Below, piece after piece: positions 1 to 14,064 of a DNA stretch of 64,000 nucleotides. The DNA is from Eledone cirrhosa (lineage: Eukaryota): the NCBI GenBank assembly GCA_964016885.1, contig OZ024740.1, positions 134,230,001-134,294,000 of the forward strand, read 5' to 3'. Position 1 is the first letter of the stretch; each line of letters begins with the position of its first letter. A model generated the notes under the pieces. That model was not told the DNA's origin. It ran no database searches and saw nothing but the letters and a program-made list of their open reading frames with translations. Both the position numbers and the translations under genes were made by a program.

Positions 1-290
1 TCGACATCACTCTTCTTGTGGAACATTCTGTAGATAGTCATTAGCTTCCTAGTATTTCTATCCATTTCTTTTTGTTCAGCAACATTCCATTTCAGAATTC
101 CCGCACTGTACCTAATAATAGACACAGCTAGGGAATTTACTGCACTTAGACATTCCAACTATTTAGATGTGATTTTAATATGTTCCTTACTCTCCTTGTG
201 TATTCAGATATTATCAATTCCTTCATTTTATTGTTTTTGATGCCTCCAGAACACCCGAATATTTGTATCCCTCTTCACATATGATACTAA
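1..290 (-). mobile_element. R4/Dong-clade non-LTR retrotransposon fragment (RT thumb region), frameshifted, runs off the window edge
   Basis: Manual minus-strand translation gives GYKYSGVLE...EYTRRVRNILKSHLN...AVNSLAVSIIRYSAGILKWNVAEQKEMDRNTRKLMTIYRMFHKKSDV, matching the R4/Dong YKYLG..RYS.GI..W..LDRKTRKL..H.KSDV pattern. Confidence 0.75.
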
Positions 291-324
291 CGGTCAAAAA
301 CTTTAATTACGAAAATGATATATA

Positions 325-1314
325 CACTCAATGGGGTCATTTACAATTATTTCAACTCTAAGAATCGCTTCTGAGCAGTATAAATTAATATATGATAAAC
401 ATTTACATGTTTTAGTTGCAATTGACTAATAAAATAGTTAGGATGAAATATCTTAATTCAAATACATATAGTTTGCCTGTACGATCTAAAAAATAATAAA
501 TCAATACTCACAAACCCATATGGGCAAAAGGCCTTGGTACCTAGACACGTTTAAATTTCAAAATACAAACTTTTTCCGCAGATCGGTCAGAACTTCAAAC
601 TTTAAACATGTTTCACAAAGGATGGTATAATAGTGAAATAATTAATTAATTAGTAGTGAGTAATTAATTTTCTGTGTTTATCAATAGGTACCCAGATAAA
701 TTAAGTAACTTCACCTCAGAAAAATATCTAAGGTCTGGTTAACGTAGCGAAAATACACGAGGTTTTGCACACGACTTATTCCAGTCCTCTAACCTCCCAC
801 ACATAGTGCTAGAAATAACAGCCATTTATATGGGATTACAAATTCAGCTCGACTGAGGGAGCAGTAATATAATATAACTTAGAGTTTACACTCAATGGGG
901 TCATTTACAATTATTTCAGCTCTAAGAATCGCTTCTGAGCAGTATAAATTAATATATGATAAACATTTACATGTTTTAGTTGCAATTATTTCACTATTAT
1001 ACCATCCTTTGTGAAACATGTTTAAAGTTTGAAGTTCTGACCGATCTGCGGAAAAAGTTTGTATTTTGAAATTTAAACGTGTCTAAGTACCAAGGCCTTT
1101 TGCCCATATGGGTTTGTGAGTATTGATTTATTATTTTTTAGATCGTACAGGCAAACTATATGTATTTGAATTAAGATATTTCATCCTAACTATTTTATTA
1201 GTCAATTGCAACTAAAACATGTAAATGTTTATCATATATTAATTTATACTGCTCAGAAGCGATTCTTAGAGCTGAAATAATTGTAAATGACCCCATTGAG
1301 TGTAAACTCTAAGT

Positions 1315-1320
<6 letters not shown>
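325..1320. repeat. Fold-back element: ~320-bp arm (325-642) inverted at ~985-1305, with an extra direct copy of its first ~100 bp (888-985); ends in (TA)n
   Basis: acactcaatggggtcatttacaa occurs at 325 and 888, and its reverse complement at ~1280-1303; the internal sequence matches almost base for base. Same geometry as the Penelope-type termini elsewhere in the window, but no hammerhead core found. Confidence 0.85.
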
Positions 1321-1358
<38 letters not shown>

Positions 1359-1456
1359 TAGCTGGCCTGTCCGGCTGGCGTCCGGCTAGGTATACCTTCC
1401 CCTACCACTCCACTGCAAAGATACCACACACCCTCCCGTGTCACATTGTCCTTCCG

Positions 1457-1541
<85 letters not shown>

Positions 1542-1644
1542 ATGTATTGAAGGGAAATACGGAAACTAAAACAGTGTTGTCATATAAAGAGTGAAGAGCG
1601 ACAGAGAGAGTAAAGCAGTTAAATTATAGAGAGTGGGAATGATC

Positions 1645-2290
1645 TTACATGCATACATGCATACATACATGGTGGCTGCCAACTCGTTTTCTAGTGCGGC
1701 CATTACTTTATATCCATGTAGGACAACTCCTACCGATGCACTGAACGAGTGTGACTTTTTAGTCCAGCCAGCGACTTGAAAACTCTGGTACAAACACTAC
1801 ACTTGTGACAATTATTGACACATAGTGCTGGGCCCATGGTACCATGTGACGACAAGTGCAGAGAGATATCCAGATATAAAGCAATGCCTGTGCCGTGAAG
1901 CTTTTATAGTGAGCAAAGGCACTGCACAAAGCCAGTCCCACTCTCTTAACCAAGATGATATTTACCAAAAAGAAGAACAAGTCAACATCATTGGATACCA
2001 TCAGAGTTGCAGGTGTTATATCAGAGTTTTCCTTCCCCTAGAATTCTGCCTTGACAAAGGCTAAGGGGGTCATCTCTCCCGGTGATTTTGGATGGCCATT
2101 GACTCTTAAGAGCTCCTTTGCCCTTTTACAGGTTTTGTTTTTAGTCCTGCAGGATGTCCAAAGTCACCCTCCTCACCAAGAAACCTTGGTGGGGTTGCAA
2201 GTTTAGTCGCCAGCGACCCGACCATGAGTCACGTTGTACTGGGATACATGTTACTAGTAGCACCAACTGGTGACCTGACATACATACATA
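1645..2290 (-). mobile_element. RTE-related non-autonomous element pieces (3' zinc-finger tail plus 5'-UTR-like part) bounded by (CATA)n
   Basis: Minus strand encodes CHKCSVCTRVFKSLAGLK (RTE C-terminal C2H2-like motif); closely matches 30301-30447 and 30975-31165. Confidence 0.6.
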
Positions 2291-2300
2291 TAAAGTATAG

Positions 2301-2498
<198 letters not shown>

Positions 2499-2889
2499 TA
2501 TGCGAGCGACGACAGAAAAAGTGTATGGGATACATACATTATTATGTATTTTCGTTCTGCAACAATTATATTATGATATGTGTATCCAAATGATTTTAGA
2601 TGTATGTATTACCTTCTTGCGCGTCCCTCTGTTTCTCTTTCTCTGTCTCTCGCTCTCTCTCCTCTCTCTCTCTCTCTCTCTTTAGATGTGTGTGTGTGTA
2701 GTTTTCCTAATCTGTCTCTCTTACTCTCTGTTTCTCTAAGAGGGTTGCCTTTTGATGTATGTATTACCTGCTTGTGTGTTGACCGAATTTGAAGGAGGTT
2801 ATCCTTTAGAAATAAACATACATACGACGCTCATCTCTATGTTGATATATGATATAAATAATGGGATTGATGAGTTAGTATCTGTATAC

Positions 2890-3180
2890 AACAACTACAA
2901 CGGTACGCGATGGGGCCCACCCACAGCCCCGGTGGACAGAATGGAGAAGGCGTTTCCCTGGAGGACGGCAAGGGAGACACGCTGGAAAACCCACTCCAGC
3001 TCACGTGGCTCACACCTGCGGCTGGCCAGCTCAGCGCGTATGGTGGTGAGTAAGGAGGTAGCCCTGCGGCCGAGGACACCAGAAGTCTCCACTGCCAGGG
3101 GTACGACCGCAAACTGTCGGAGAGCGACCGGTATTTGAGGAGTTTGGCCCCCTCATCCCGACGTGCAGCAGAACCTGGAT
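2890..3180 (-). mobile_element. CRE-clade LINE 3' fragment (C-terminus of restriction-like endonuclease)
   Basis: ORF 2895-3092: ETSGVLG...EPRELEWVFQRVSLAVLQGNAFSIL matches the CRE RLE terminal motif ET.G..G...QR.S.A.QRGNA.SIL; GC-rich island. Confidence 0.7.
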
Positions 3181-3775
3181 ATATATTGATATATTGAAGG
3201 TAGATACGGAAAAGTAAAAGAGTGTTGTCATATAGAGAGTGAAGAGAGGCAGAGAGTAAAGCAGTTAAATTATAGAGAGGGTGAAAGAGGGAGAGAGAGA
3301 GAGAGACGACGCTCAGCTTTATAATATTTGAGAGTGAAGAGCGACAGAGAGAGTAAAGCAGTTAAATTATAGAGAGGGGGATTGATCTATTATAGAGAGA
3401 GGGAAGAGCTACGGAGAGAGTAAAGCTAAGAAACTATAGGGAGGTGTGTAGGATACATACGTGTTGATAAAATTTACATACGACGCTCATCTCTACGGAA
3501 AGTAAAAGAGTGTTGTCATATAGAGAGTGAAGAGAGACAGAGAGTAAAGTAGTTTAATTATAGGGAGGGTGAAAGAGGGAGAGAGAGAGAGACGACGCTC
3601 AGTTTTATAATATTTGAGAGTGAAGAGCGACAGAGAGAGTAAAGCAGTTAAATTATAGAGAGGGGAAATGATCTATTATAGAGAGAGGGAAGAGCGACGG
3701 AGAGAGTAAAGCTAAGAAACTATATGGAGGTGTGTAGGATACATACATAATACATATACACGGCACTCAGCTTTA

Positions 3776-3821
<46 letters not shown>

Positions 3822-3824
<3 letters not shown>

Positions 3825-4166
3825 CGTAAATCCGGCATTCTCGATCGCGGTTATTTGCAAAATTTTCCTTGGAACCTAACTAATTATTGTTCGTTGAAAC
3901 CACCGCCTATTCGAGGAATTGTAAATATCATCCGCAATTTTTTAATGGCTTTTTTCGTGGCAATATATATTTGTTAACGCTAAATTATTAATAAGAATAC
4001 ACCGTATTTGCCAGCCTATTGGACACACATTCACATAAAACGCGCCCTCTTTTTTTTATTATATTTTACGTTATATGTTGACGTTTATAGGCATTTTTAT
4101 AGACCACGTCCAATATTCGCGGTTTTTCACTCTGCCGGATACTCTAGAAATACCGGGGGACTACTG
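3822..4166. mobile_element. Tc1/mariner-pogo (Tigger-like) MITE
   Basis: TA-CAG...CTG-TA ends with degenerate TIRs (cagcgtaaatccggcattctc / gaaataccgggggactactg); no ORF. Confidence 0.5.
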
Positions 4167-4724
4167 TATACAATTTTCTGAACTGTGTATAAAGAGTGCT
4201 GTTCGAATATCGATGGTATAAGCGAAAATTTTAACTAATTTGATTTCATTTTCAAATATATCAATACGATTTCGGTAAGTTCTGAACTTCCATCTTGTGT
4301 CGCAATGCTCTTTCATATATACATAGAAGAAAAAATAATTTTTATTCATTTTTGTTTTCGATAAAACAAAACAAAGCAACGACGTGTCCTGGCATCTATT
4401 TACAAAATATTTTTGAGTCACAGGTGTTTGTGCATCCGTGACTGTGTGTCTGTGTGTGTGTAACTGTGTGTATATATGAATATATGAATGTATATATATA
4501 TATATATATATTTAAGAGTTAAACAAGATTCAATGAATACATCAAAGAATGAGTTTTACAATAGATTGGAAGCACTCTACAGTAATTTTTTCCAGAGTTA
4601 TTAATATTAATTCCAAATATTAACAAAATAGATATTCTATTGATGATAAAATAGATATTCTATTGATGACTACCTTGATTAAATCTTAACCATCTACCAT
4701 GTAAGGGTATGTCATGTATCATTT

Positions 4725-4787
4725 TTTTATCTGATGAGGACGAACAGTTGAACTTAATTCAGTACCTCTGAAATATGTATAATAAAA
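4725..4787 (+). ncRNA. Type I hammerhead ribozyme motif (minimal, Penelope-type)
   Basis: ttttat-CTGATGA-stem II-GAAA-tatgta-TA-ataaaa: stem I ttttat/ataaaa, near-palindromic stem III, AUA cleavage triplet. Confidence 0.7.
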
Positions 4788-5289
4788 TATAATTGATCAC
4801 AAGAATATCTATTATGTTAATATTTGGAATTAATATATATATATATATATACAACTAATATCACTAACATCCCCGCGACTCCACGCACACGAACTAACAC
4901 CTTCACACACACACCCACACCTACATACACCACCCACTCCACATTCAACCCTTTCCCCACCACCAGTATACTAACACCCACTAACATCCCTTTTACCACA
5001 CACACACACACCAGTACACTACACTCCCTCCTCCGTCCCCAACACCTTTTATCTCCCTCACCCTCTCCCCGCTCCACCTACACCCCTTCACACACACACA
5101 TCCCACTAACACCTCTACTAATACACACCCCATCCCTCCACATGACCACCTCCCTCCTCCATCTTTCACACCTACCCATCCCCGCCCCTGTCCACGGCAC
5201 CTCCGCACACACAGACACACAGTCCTCACCACACACTGACCATTTCTCCACCTGTCATTCTCCTCTACTGCAATCACTTCACCCTGCCT

Positions 5290-6080
5290 TGACCCTCTGA
5301 CCACTTCCTGTTGCGCGCGCACCCCAGAATTCTCCACTTCCGACCACCACAACCAATGGATTCCACACCACCGGTCATCGTTCCCGTTATCCACTCCATA
5401 ACATGAAAAATATCCAGCACTCATCGCACACTCCACGGAACTACCTTAGGAACTTACCCACGGACATAAACTCACAATTCTTTTTCGAACCACGCCACCT
5501 ACATCCACACCACGTATAAACACCAACACACACGTGCGTACCCCCACATATACACATTAAGCCTCCCGAATTTATACCCCCCTCCCCGCTCCTCTGACGC
5601 CTCCCCATCCACACGCACGCACACACCGACCTACACCCCACCCTACGCACACACCTTTTCCTGAACATGGAACCTCGTTCTTCCCCCAACTCTCACATTC
5701 AATTACACACGCACACACACACACATACACAAACACCACCTTCAGCCCTCCCAGCTCGGACCCCCCGCCTCCCTCTCCCTACTCCACCCGTCACTACCCC
5801 TACACGCCTGAAACCCTTCCACCACTTGTTTATGTTTATGTTTATTTTTATTTTTATTTGTACACCTTCCACCGTTTTTCCTCCCCTTTCTCCCCACCCC
5901 CCTTTTTTCTAAATGTCTCTCCACCACTCCACCACACACCCTCGGAACTCTCTTCCTATCCACTTTTCTCCTGATGAAGGGCTTATGCCCGAAACGTCCC
6001 CCCCCCCTCTCAAGAGCGTGAAACTAATAAACTTTTATTTGTACTGCCTCTCTGTTTTTGTTCCCGTCCAAGCTCTCACT
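5290..6080 (+). mobile_element. Penelope-like element 3' end (degenerate GIY-YIG tail, CA/CT-rich UTR, hammerhead, AATAAA)
   Basis: Remnant resembling LGT..P.GIN..F near 5440-5485; hammerhead core at 5971; aataaa at ~6026; ends in TA/TG repeats. Confidence 0.55.
5964..5998 (+). ncRNA. Minimal hammerhead ribozyme core
   Basis: CTGATGA-A-GGGC-ttat-GCCC-GAAA-CGTC, the typical pLTR hammerhead of Penelope-like elements; the 3' strand of stem I is degenerate. Confidence 0.75.
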
Positions 6081-6225
6081 ATACATATATATGTGTGTGT
6101 GTGTGCGTGTGTGTGTGTGTGTATGTAAGCAGAAGGGATATTTAATTTGTTGGTAATTCAACAAATATAAATGTTTATAACTGATTCAGAGCACTCGACA
6201 GTTTTCTGGAGTATATTATTCAATG

Positions 6226-6514
6226 ATATTAAATAAATGGAAACTACATTTATAAAACCATATTTATTCTATTCTATATATTTCAAGGGTACCAAAATTT
6301 TGGTACGCTATCATCAGATAAAATACTGGATAAAATCCTGGATCTCCAAGGAAAACTTGAACCGTTAAGGTATATTTTCCTTGTTTATGTCAAAATTTAT
6401 AAAACATACTTCGTATTTTATCTGATGATAGCGTACCAAAATGTTGGTATCCTTGAAATATATAGAATAGAATAAATATGGTTTTATAAATGTAGTTTCC
6501 ATTTATTTAATATC
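6226..6514. repeat. Fold-back (~100-bp arms 6226-6326 / 6413-6514) with a hammerhead core in each arm
   Basis: Plus arm: ttttat-CTGATGA(6422)-tagcg-tacca..tggta-tcctt-GAAA(6455)-tatata; the reverse complement lies at 6275-6326. Confidence 0.8.
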
Positions 6515-8958
6515 CTTGTATATGTATATGTATGTATGTATGCGTGTGTGGGAGGGGGTGTACATTTCTGTATGTGAGTATGTGAGTGTCTGGATGTATG
6601 TGTGTGTATACTTGGGAGTGTAATAGATTTTTTATGAGTATGTCACGTCATTTTCGTTCAAACGTATTCTTGAGTCCGATGAAACGTTGACAGAAAACAG
6701 TTAATAAATTTCTGAAAATAAAATAAATGTGTACATATGGGAGGTGTTGAATTCTGACGTTTTGAGAAGCACTTTGTTTTTTTCTTTAAAAAAAATGAAC
6801 GCATGCTATGTATACACAACGACGACGGCGACATCAACAACAACAACAACAACAACAACAAAAAACTAAAGAAAAACAATAACAACAACAACAATAGATA
6901 AATAAACACAAATACAAGTATAGAAGGAGAGGATGAAGGAAAATAAAAGCTAACATTGAATTATCCAACTTACAAAATTAAGAAACGGTTTTAATCCTCA
7001 TCATTAGAATGAGAGTATATGATTGTGAATATCAGATTCGGCTGAATAATTTGAGGTATTTATTTACATCCCTTTGTTTTTTTCTTTGTTTCTTTCTTTG
7101 CTTTTCCTTGTTTCTTTTGGTTCGAAATTGCACACAAACTTTCTTTTTCATCCTCCGGAAAATTTATTATCGCTTATAGGAATGGAAAATGCATGTTACC
7201 CATTTCAGTACCTCCACAACTGATAGAAGAGTGAAAGAGGAAGGTCTCCTCAAACCGGATACTTAGCCTGAATCTCTGCAACAGAGTAGGCTCCGCTATA
7301 GACAACCAAAGAACAGTGGGTGATATTAAACTGGGCAATGGATTAAGTCTACTATCCAATTCGGCCATGCTGGAAATTTATCTCAGAATGCAAAGAGCCG
7401 AAACAAATACGATGTTTTAATGATTTCGTTATTTCATTGCATTAGACTGACATGGTATTTATCGACTCTTAAATGATGAAAGGCAACGTTGACATCATTA
7501 TGAACTCGAGGTGCAAGCAGGCAGAATAAATACCACAAGGCATATCATCCGCTGCATTAACGGTTTTATGAATTTGTTGGTAAATGATAAAATTAATAAT
7601 ACAATACTAAACTATCAAATACTGAGATCAATAAAATCTATTACACATCTCTCATAATATAAGCATTGTGCCTATATAAGAAACTATTGCCAATATTAGA
7701 AAATATTAATATGATGGTAAAATCAGTCGAACGTCAGACAAAATACCTTGAGGCATTTAGTTATGACCGTTTCCATTCTGAACTCAAAATCTCGTCAGAT
7801 TTGACTTTGCCTTTCATCATTTCGGGATCGATGAAACAAAACCCAATAAAGTACTGCGATCATGTTGATCGATTATAACTCCTCGCCCCAAATTTTTAGT
7901 CCTCTGCCAAATTTAGAATCCATTGTTATTAAGGATGGAGAATGTCAACATCGATTGAACGGTTCGTTAAATACATTCCAGTATGTGATTCCGTGTATTT
8001 CCATTCTAAATCTTAATCCTATCAAGGTTAACTTTGGCTTTCTGGGATTAATATAGTAACAAATACCAACGAGAGTGTCTTTAAGTGATATCTCACCCTG
8101 CAAGAGATAGCAGCCAAATATCCGTCAAATCATACCAACTGTCTTAAAAGAGGAAGGATACATTGAATAATGTAGTCCTAAATAAACTGTATTTAAACAT
8201 GAGCATGCGCAATCAAGTTTAGAATACCCTTCACTATAGATCTACTTTATCAGCAATAACAATATAGGATACCAGCCAAGGACTGAGATCAATAAAATTG
8301 ACTTGAAATTTTAGACCCCACCCACCCCCAACACCACCACCACCACCATCACAACTTCACCACCACCACCACCACCACTACCACTTCACCACCACCCACA
8401 AAAAAATGATTGGCCTTCTGGCTATACTAAAAATCAATATTAGGATTAAAACATTTCCTAAATTTTAAATGTGAATCTTTTTCACTGAAACTTTACAATC
8501 AATTACTTCATGCTTGACGACTTACGATAATATCCACGTTGAAATTTTTGTTCTTTCCTTTGGCTTGTTTTGTTTTTATTTTTTATTTTTTGTTCGTTTA
8601 TTTTTTTAGGTGCTTTTACTTCAGCAAACTCGTTGAAAAATATTTTATGGCCGCTTTTGATCGTTCGCGAAGCCTTGATAGTTTTGATAGCGAATTGTGG
8701 TGAATGTTGGTGGTTTCTGTTGCTGTTGCGGTTGTTGTTATTGTTGTTTTCGTTGTTGTTAATGATATTAGGTGATGGAGTTGTAGTGGTTATATAGAAT
8801 ATTGTTGTTGTTTTTACATTACTTCAGCGTTTATACAATTTTTTTTTCACCTAAAAAGACTAAGGATCACTCTCAAGCAATATCTATAATTTCAAACTAT
8901 TCCTCCCACCTATCTAAACTTCTCTTTCTTTCTATATATTTACTTATTTATTTACCAT

Positions 8959-9011
<53 letters not shown>

Positions 9012-9239
9012 ATACATACACACATATATACATATGATAGTTTCAAACTGCAAGGTCGCATTTTGCTTTCTGCACCATTGTGAACAGTCTGCAGATGGTT
9101 GCATGGTACATACCTTGAAACCTAAGGTAGCGTAATATTTGTTGTGTATCTAAACTATAATTAAGTAAGGAATGCGGGGCTGCATCCAGAATACATTTTT
9201 TATCCCGTTTGTAAAATAAGTTGGATTACTTTGAATAAA

Positions 9240-9428
9240 TAATTGTTTCTACTTTAGGCACAAGGCCAGCAATTACCCAGTGCATTACTGGTACTTTATT
9301 TTATCGACCCATTAAGGATGAAAGGCAAAGTCAACCTCGGCGGGATTTGAACTCAGATCATAAAGGGACGTAACTATGCTGGAAAGCATGGCGTCCGACC
9401 CTCTACCGATACTGCCAATCCACCACTA
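9240..9428 (-). mobile_element. tRNA-derived SINE with Meta-domain-like core
   Basis: Reverse complement of gagttcaaatcccgccgaggttgactttgcctttcatcc...gtcgataaaataaagtaccag...ggccttgtgcctaaagtagaaac; same family as 59861-60770. Confidence 0.85.
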
Positions 9429-10084
9429 CTTTGAATAAATAATGAATGAATATTACATAATTTATGTACTAAATTTCGCAACTAAATTTCGTATTTATAA
9501 ATAATTTGAAAGTGACTTCTTTTCAAATTTACAAATTTCTACACTTCCGGTATATCGTCGCCACCACCACCACTTCAACTACCACATATATAGAAAGAGA
9601 GAGTTTGTGATGAGAGAGATATAGTGATAAGCTGACGCGTATGGTTGTGCACATACATACATCTATATGTATGAGTATATAAATATTATCGGGCAAACAC
9701 AAACTTATAAAAATACACCCTCACGGACATACATTCAGTTAAATACACATACTTTCACACAAACACATTCACACAAACACACATTCACACATACATTTAC
9801 ACAAACACACATATAGTCAGGATAGCGTTCGGTGAATTGGAAACGGGAGGGTAAAACAAGAATAACGTTTTATTTATTTATTTACAACACAGTTTAACTC
9901 TTTTTTTTTTAAACTCATTTGTATAAAAATTTTATATAATGCTTACAGAACGAAAAAACAATCAAATATAATATATACAAAGGAAAAGGAAAGGAAAAGA
10001 AAGAAAGAGAAAGAATAAACAAGCACGTAAAAGACACATCTTCGACCCCATAGAACAATCTGCAGGCGAAAGAATGGAAAAACG

Positions 10085-10592
10085 GGACGCTACCAGAGCA
10101 AAAGTTAGCAATATAGCGAGGAGCACTAGGAAACCTCTCTAATAATTGTTTAGGCAAGCCAGCACGCTCGCAGCGTTACCTGGAGTAATGGCGAGGCTGA
10201 GGTGCTGGAACAACCAAGTGCCCTCACGAGCATCACCAGTTACCTATGTTTGGCGAGCCGCCAGTGAAGATAAGAACCTCGCTGTCAGTAGCCCGACTCC
10301 CCCAAACGTCTCTAACGCTACAGGCTGGATAATGTAGTTAGCTGACAGAACACGGTATTTTAGGAATTTGTTCCGTTCAGCTGCGGATGCTGTACTCTCG
10401 CCCTTACCGCTGCATCCAGGATGGGGGAAGAAGCAAAAGTGTCACTAACTGTAACGCCCCAGGTAAGGCACCTGCCTCTTGACCAGGAGCACAGAGTAAG
10501 ACCGTCAAGTCTTTTCTCATCAATTCTTGACAACCCAAACAGTTCCAAAACTGAGGGGACGTTTGCCCGGGCCAAAGCCCTTGAGTGGTAAT
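10085..10592 (-). mobile_element. CRE-clade LINE 3' fragment with PD-(D/E)xK restriction-like endonuclease, degenerate
   Basis: RALARANVPSVLE..GLSRIDEKRLDGLTL..WSRGRCLTWGVTVSDT, then QPVALETFG...TGDAREGTWLFQHLSLAI..GNAASVL. Confidence 0.8.
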
Positions 10593-10784
10593 AGGACAGT
10601 GTGTTTATGTGCACGCGCGAGTTTGTCGGTGTTCTTAAATTAGGGACATGTGTGTGTGTCACTGTTTTTAAGTTAAAGACATATATGTGTGCATCCCTTT
10701 ACTTCCTTTTACGCACACATACATTCACACAAACACACATACACATTGTGTGATGGACAGAGGTCCCGCAAATTTATATAATGT

Positions 10785-11405
10785 GAATGGAGTTCTCAAG
10801 TATCTTGGAGCCGTGTTCATGAGTGATAGAATGTAGGAGGCTGAATTAAGTGCAAGAATTGCAAAAGCTGATGCAGTAATGCGCCAGCCTCAGTATTCAG
10901 CAATCAGAAGAAGGGGTAGGTGTAAAAGCCAAACTCGCTGTCTTCCTGGTATTCCTGCCAACTCTTACCGAGGATCGTGAAGCTTGAGTAATGACCAAAA
11001 GAATACAATTGCAAATAAAAGCGGCAGAAATGGAATTCCTCCGAAGAGTCTTTGGAGTAACGCTACTCGATAAGGTGCATAGCTCAGATTCCAGAGAGTC
11101 ACTCCTCGTAGAGCCGCTACTTCTCCGAATTGAGAGATCACAACTCCAATATTATGAGCATGTGGTTAGAATGTCTCAGTAAAGAATCGCTGGACACATT
11201 TTACAGGCAAAACCAAACGTCAAGAGACCCAGAGGTAGACCCTGAGCAAGATAGCTGGATAACATCCATCAGCTTGGCTAGTCACGCTTTGGGATCCAGC
11301 TGCATCAGTTAGAGATGTTTTTTTCTGACAGACTCGCTGGAAAGAGTGTTTGAGAAGGACTCTTCCCCCACGACCCTCTCAGAAATAAGCGGACGAAGAA
11401 GAAGA
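10785..11405 (+). mobile_element. RTE-clade LINE (Expander/REX3-like) 3' fragment, degenerate
   Basis: KYLG.VFMSD...ARIAKA; AAEMEFLRRV.GVTLLDKV.SS..RESL.VEPLLLRIERSQL..HVVRM; KRPRGRP; ends in a (GAA)n tail. Confidence 0.85.
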
Positions 11406-11574
11406 TATTGTCAATTTACTTTTCAATTTACATATATATATTTGTGTATAATACCAATATGCACACTACATATGCTAGCAGAAAACCGCCGAAGGGCGGT
11501 TTTTCTGCTAGTAACAATAATAAATCGCTCACTTTCACTAGATAAAGCATTCTTTACTTTTTTCGCTGCATATA

Positions 11575-13467
11575 CCGTGTTTCCCCGATTATAAGCCATG
11601 GCATATATTATTTTTTACTCCGAAATGTACCACCACGGCTTATTTTCGGGGTAGGGGATTCATATACCGCAAAAACGACACTACGAAACTGAAAATTACA
11701 AATTCGCTAAATGATTGGAAATTACGAAATAACAATCGGCATTTACGCGCAACGCTTACATTGAAAGATCAAATTTATTAAAAATTAACACACCCTTTAA
11801 TTCAAAAACTCATGAGCGAAATAATCCACTAATTTATTCAAAAATAATCATGTCATCCTGGTCTGGAATGTCATTGTTTTCCAAATCAGTGGATTCAATG
11901 ATTCCTGTGGAATTTTCTTGTGACTCAATTGCCTGCAGAATTTTCGTCCCTAGTCTTTCATGTTGAGCGATAGAGGTCGAATTGAATGGAGAGTTCTTAT
12001 CCAGATAGCCTGCTCATAGTGCATTCATGACACAGCTATCTGTGATTTTGTTCCATGAATTTCCCACCCAAGTCACGATCTCTTGAAGGCAATTTCCCCT
12101 CTCATTTCTCCGCTCATTTCTCGCCATTCTGTTTTCGATGTAGTCATTTATTTCCATGCGCAGATGCTCCTTGAATAGTTTATTCAGTGCGATGTCAAGA
12201 GTCTGGAGATAGGCGGTCATTCCTGCGGGAATCATGATTTGATCGATTCTTCTTTCTGCAAGAAAGTTCTTCATATCTTTGGCGCGGTGCGTGCTGGCTG
12301 AATCCTAGACTATGAGACCTCTTTGGGTTCCACGCAAAATCAATGGCAGCATTAAATCGACCCGCTTCCTTAAAATGCCTGTGTGTACCACGCCTTTTCA
12401 GTTTCCAGAACACAGATACCTGAAACGCGTTCAATTTTATTTTTCTTGCCTTTAGTGATAATTTTCTTCCGTCGAGACAAATTGCCAAGATACATGTAAC
12501 TCGTGCACTTTCGTAACTAGTGGATGGAATGTAAATTGACGACGCACCCCTTTGATCAATTGTATATTGATATTGAGAGCTTTGACCCATGAATACTGCT
12601 GTTTCATCCATAGCAATCATGTTAGAGAGACGGTAGTTAGAAAAGTCTATTCCATCAACAAAAGACTTAAATGTGAGTGCACGTTTAATAATGTCAGTAT
12701 CGTCCAGTTTGAACAGTGTTGTAGATCTTCTCAGAGAAAATTCGTGTCGCTGAAGGAAATTATCCAGCCAGTGTTTGGATGCTTTAAATTCTTCTGGAAC
12801 TATATTCTTCTGGTATATTTGTAAGGGCAAATGTTTGAATATCAGCCCTGTGAACAACCAAAGCTCTAGCTCTTCTTTCAGCAATCCATTCACAGATGGC
12901 ATCTTCCAGCTCAAGAAATATCGGTTGTCGACCAGATCCACGCTTACGTTTCTTTGCATTTCCCACGTCCATGTCCTGATTGAGTTGATCGTAGTCCATT
13001 CTCCATCTTTGAACCATTCAGAGATCCTGATTCTTTTCTTTGCAGAAAATAGTAAGATTCTTGCCCAGTGATTCCTCCACAATTCCTTTCTTGTACTCGA
13101 CTGTATAACTCTTCCTGCCTTTCATCTTGTCTAGGGCTGGAAATGATCTTCTCCCCTGAAGTTACTGATAAGCCGGTTTGTACCCGCATTTGCATAAGCA
13201 ATATTGATTGCACGCACTTCTCCCTTTCCTTTCGTTAATTTCATTATCGATTTTTTCACTTCCGCGCATTCCACAAACTTCTTATACACCCGCTTATCAG
13301 TTAGTTTTACATTAAGATACAATCCAATTTTCATAGCTGGTCATTTCTTTCTATTTGCGTTCATTTTTGCTACGGCTTATTTTCGGGGCATAGCTTATAT
13401 TAAATCCATTCTGAAATATAGTGCTACGGCTTATTTTCTGGGGTGGCTTATAATGGGGGAAACACGG
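11575..13467 (-). mobile_element. pogo-superfamily (Passer-like, DD35D) DNA transposon with both TIRs and TA target duplication
   Basis: TIRs CCGTGTTTCCCCGATTATAAGCC (11575) and GGCTTATAATGGGGGAAACACGG (ends 13467), each flanked by TA; subterminal cggcttattttc(t)gggg repeats at ~11636, ~13373 and ~13427. Confidence 0.92.
11834..13125 (-). pseudogene. pogo-like transposase, frameshifted, with in-frame stops
   Basis: MKGRKSYTVEYK start; CENP-B-type HTH (ELEDAICEWIAERR...FKASKHWLDNFLQRH); catalytic MDET, *DSASTH, LQTLD with 35 residues counted between D2 and D3. Confidence 0.9.
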
Positions 13468-13496
13468 TACTTACAAACGCACACACACACACACAC

Positions 13497-13647
<151 letters not shown>

Positions 13648-13674
13648 CATATATATACATGCATCTGTGTGTGA

Positions 13675-13786
<112 letters not shown>

Positions 13787-14064
13787 CATTATTTCATGTT
13801 AATTAATCGGTGATTATTTTCCCAGTCACAAACACCAATTAATAAATACTAGTGTAAGCTGTATTAAGCACGCCACGTTAGTGTGCCTTTCTTAGTATGA
13901 TATGGGATCAATACATGACAGAGTATTTGGTATAATTATGACGTAAAGGGGTTTCGTTGAAGGTTTTAGAAAAAGGGTTTACTTCATCACAGTGATGACA
14001 TAAAACCTTACTGTCTTCTACTTCATTATTGTTTAGTAATACACACTGACCCTTGATATAACTA

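Noticed and set aside
4824-5300. 158-aa Thr/Pro/His-rich ORF as a mucin-like gene
   Set aside because: Low-complexity CA-rich tract next to a Penelope remnant, with a non-ATG start and no splice context.
11475-11511. GC hairpin plus T-run resembling a rho-independent terminator (ctagcagaaaaccgcc-gaag-ggcggtttttctgctag)
   Set aside because: Eukaryotic repeat context with no upstream gene; more likely a folded-back transposon end.
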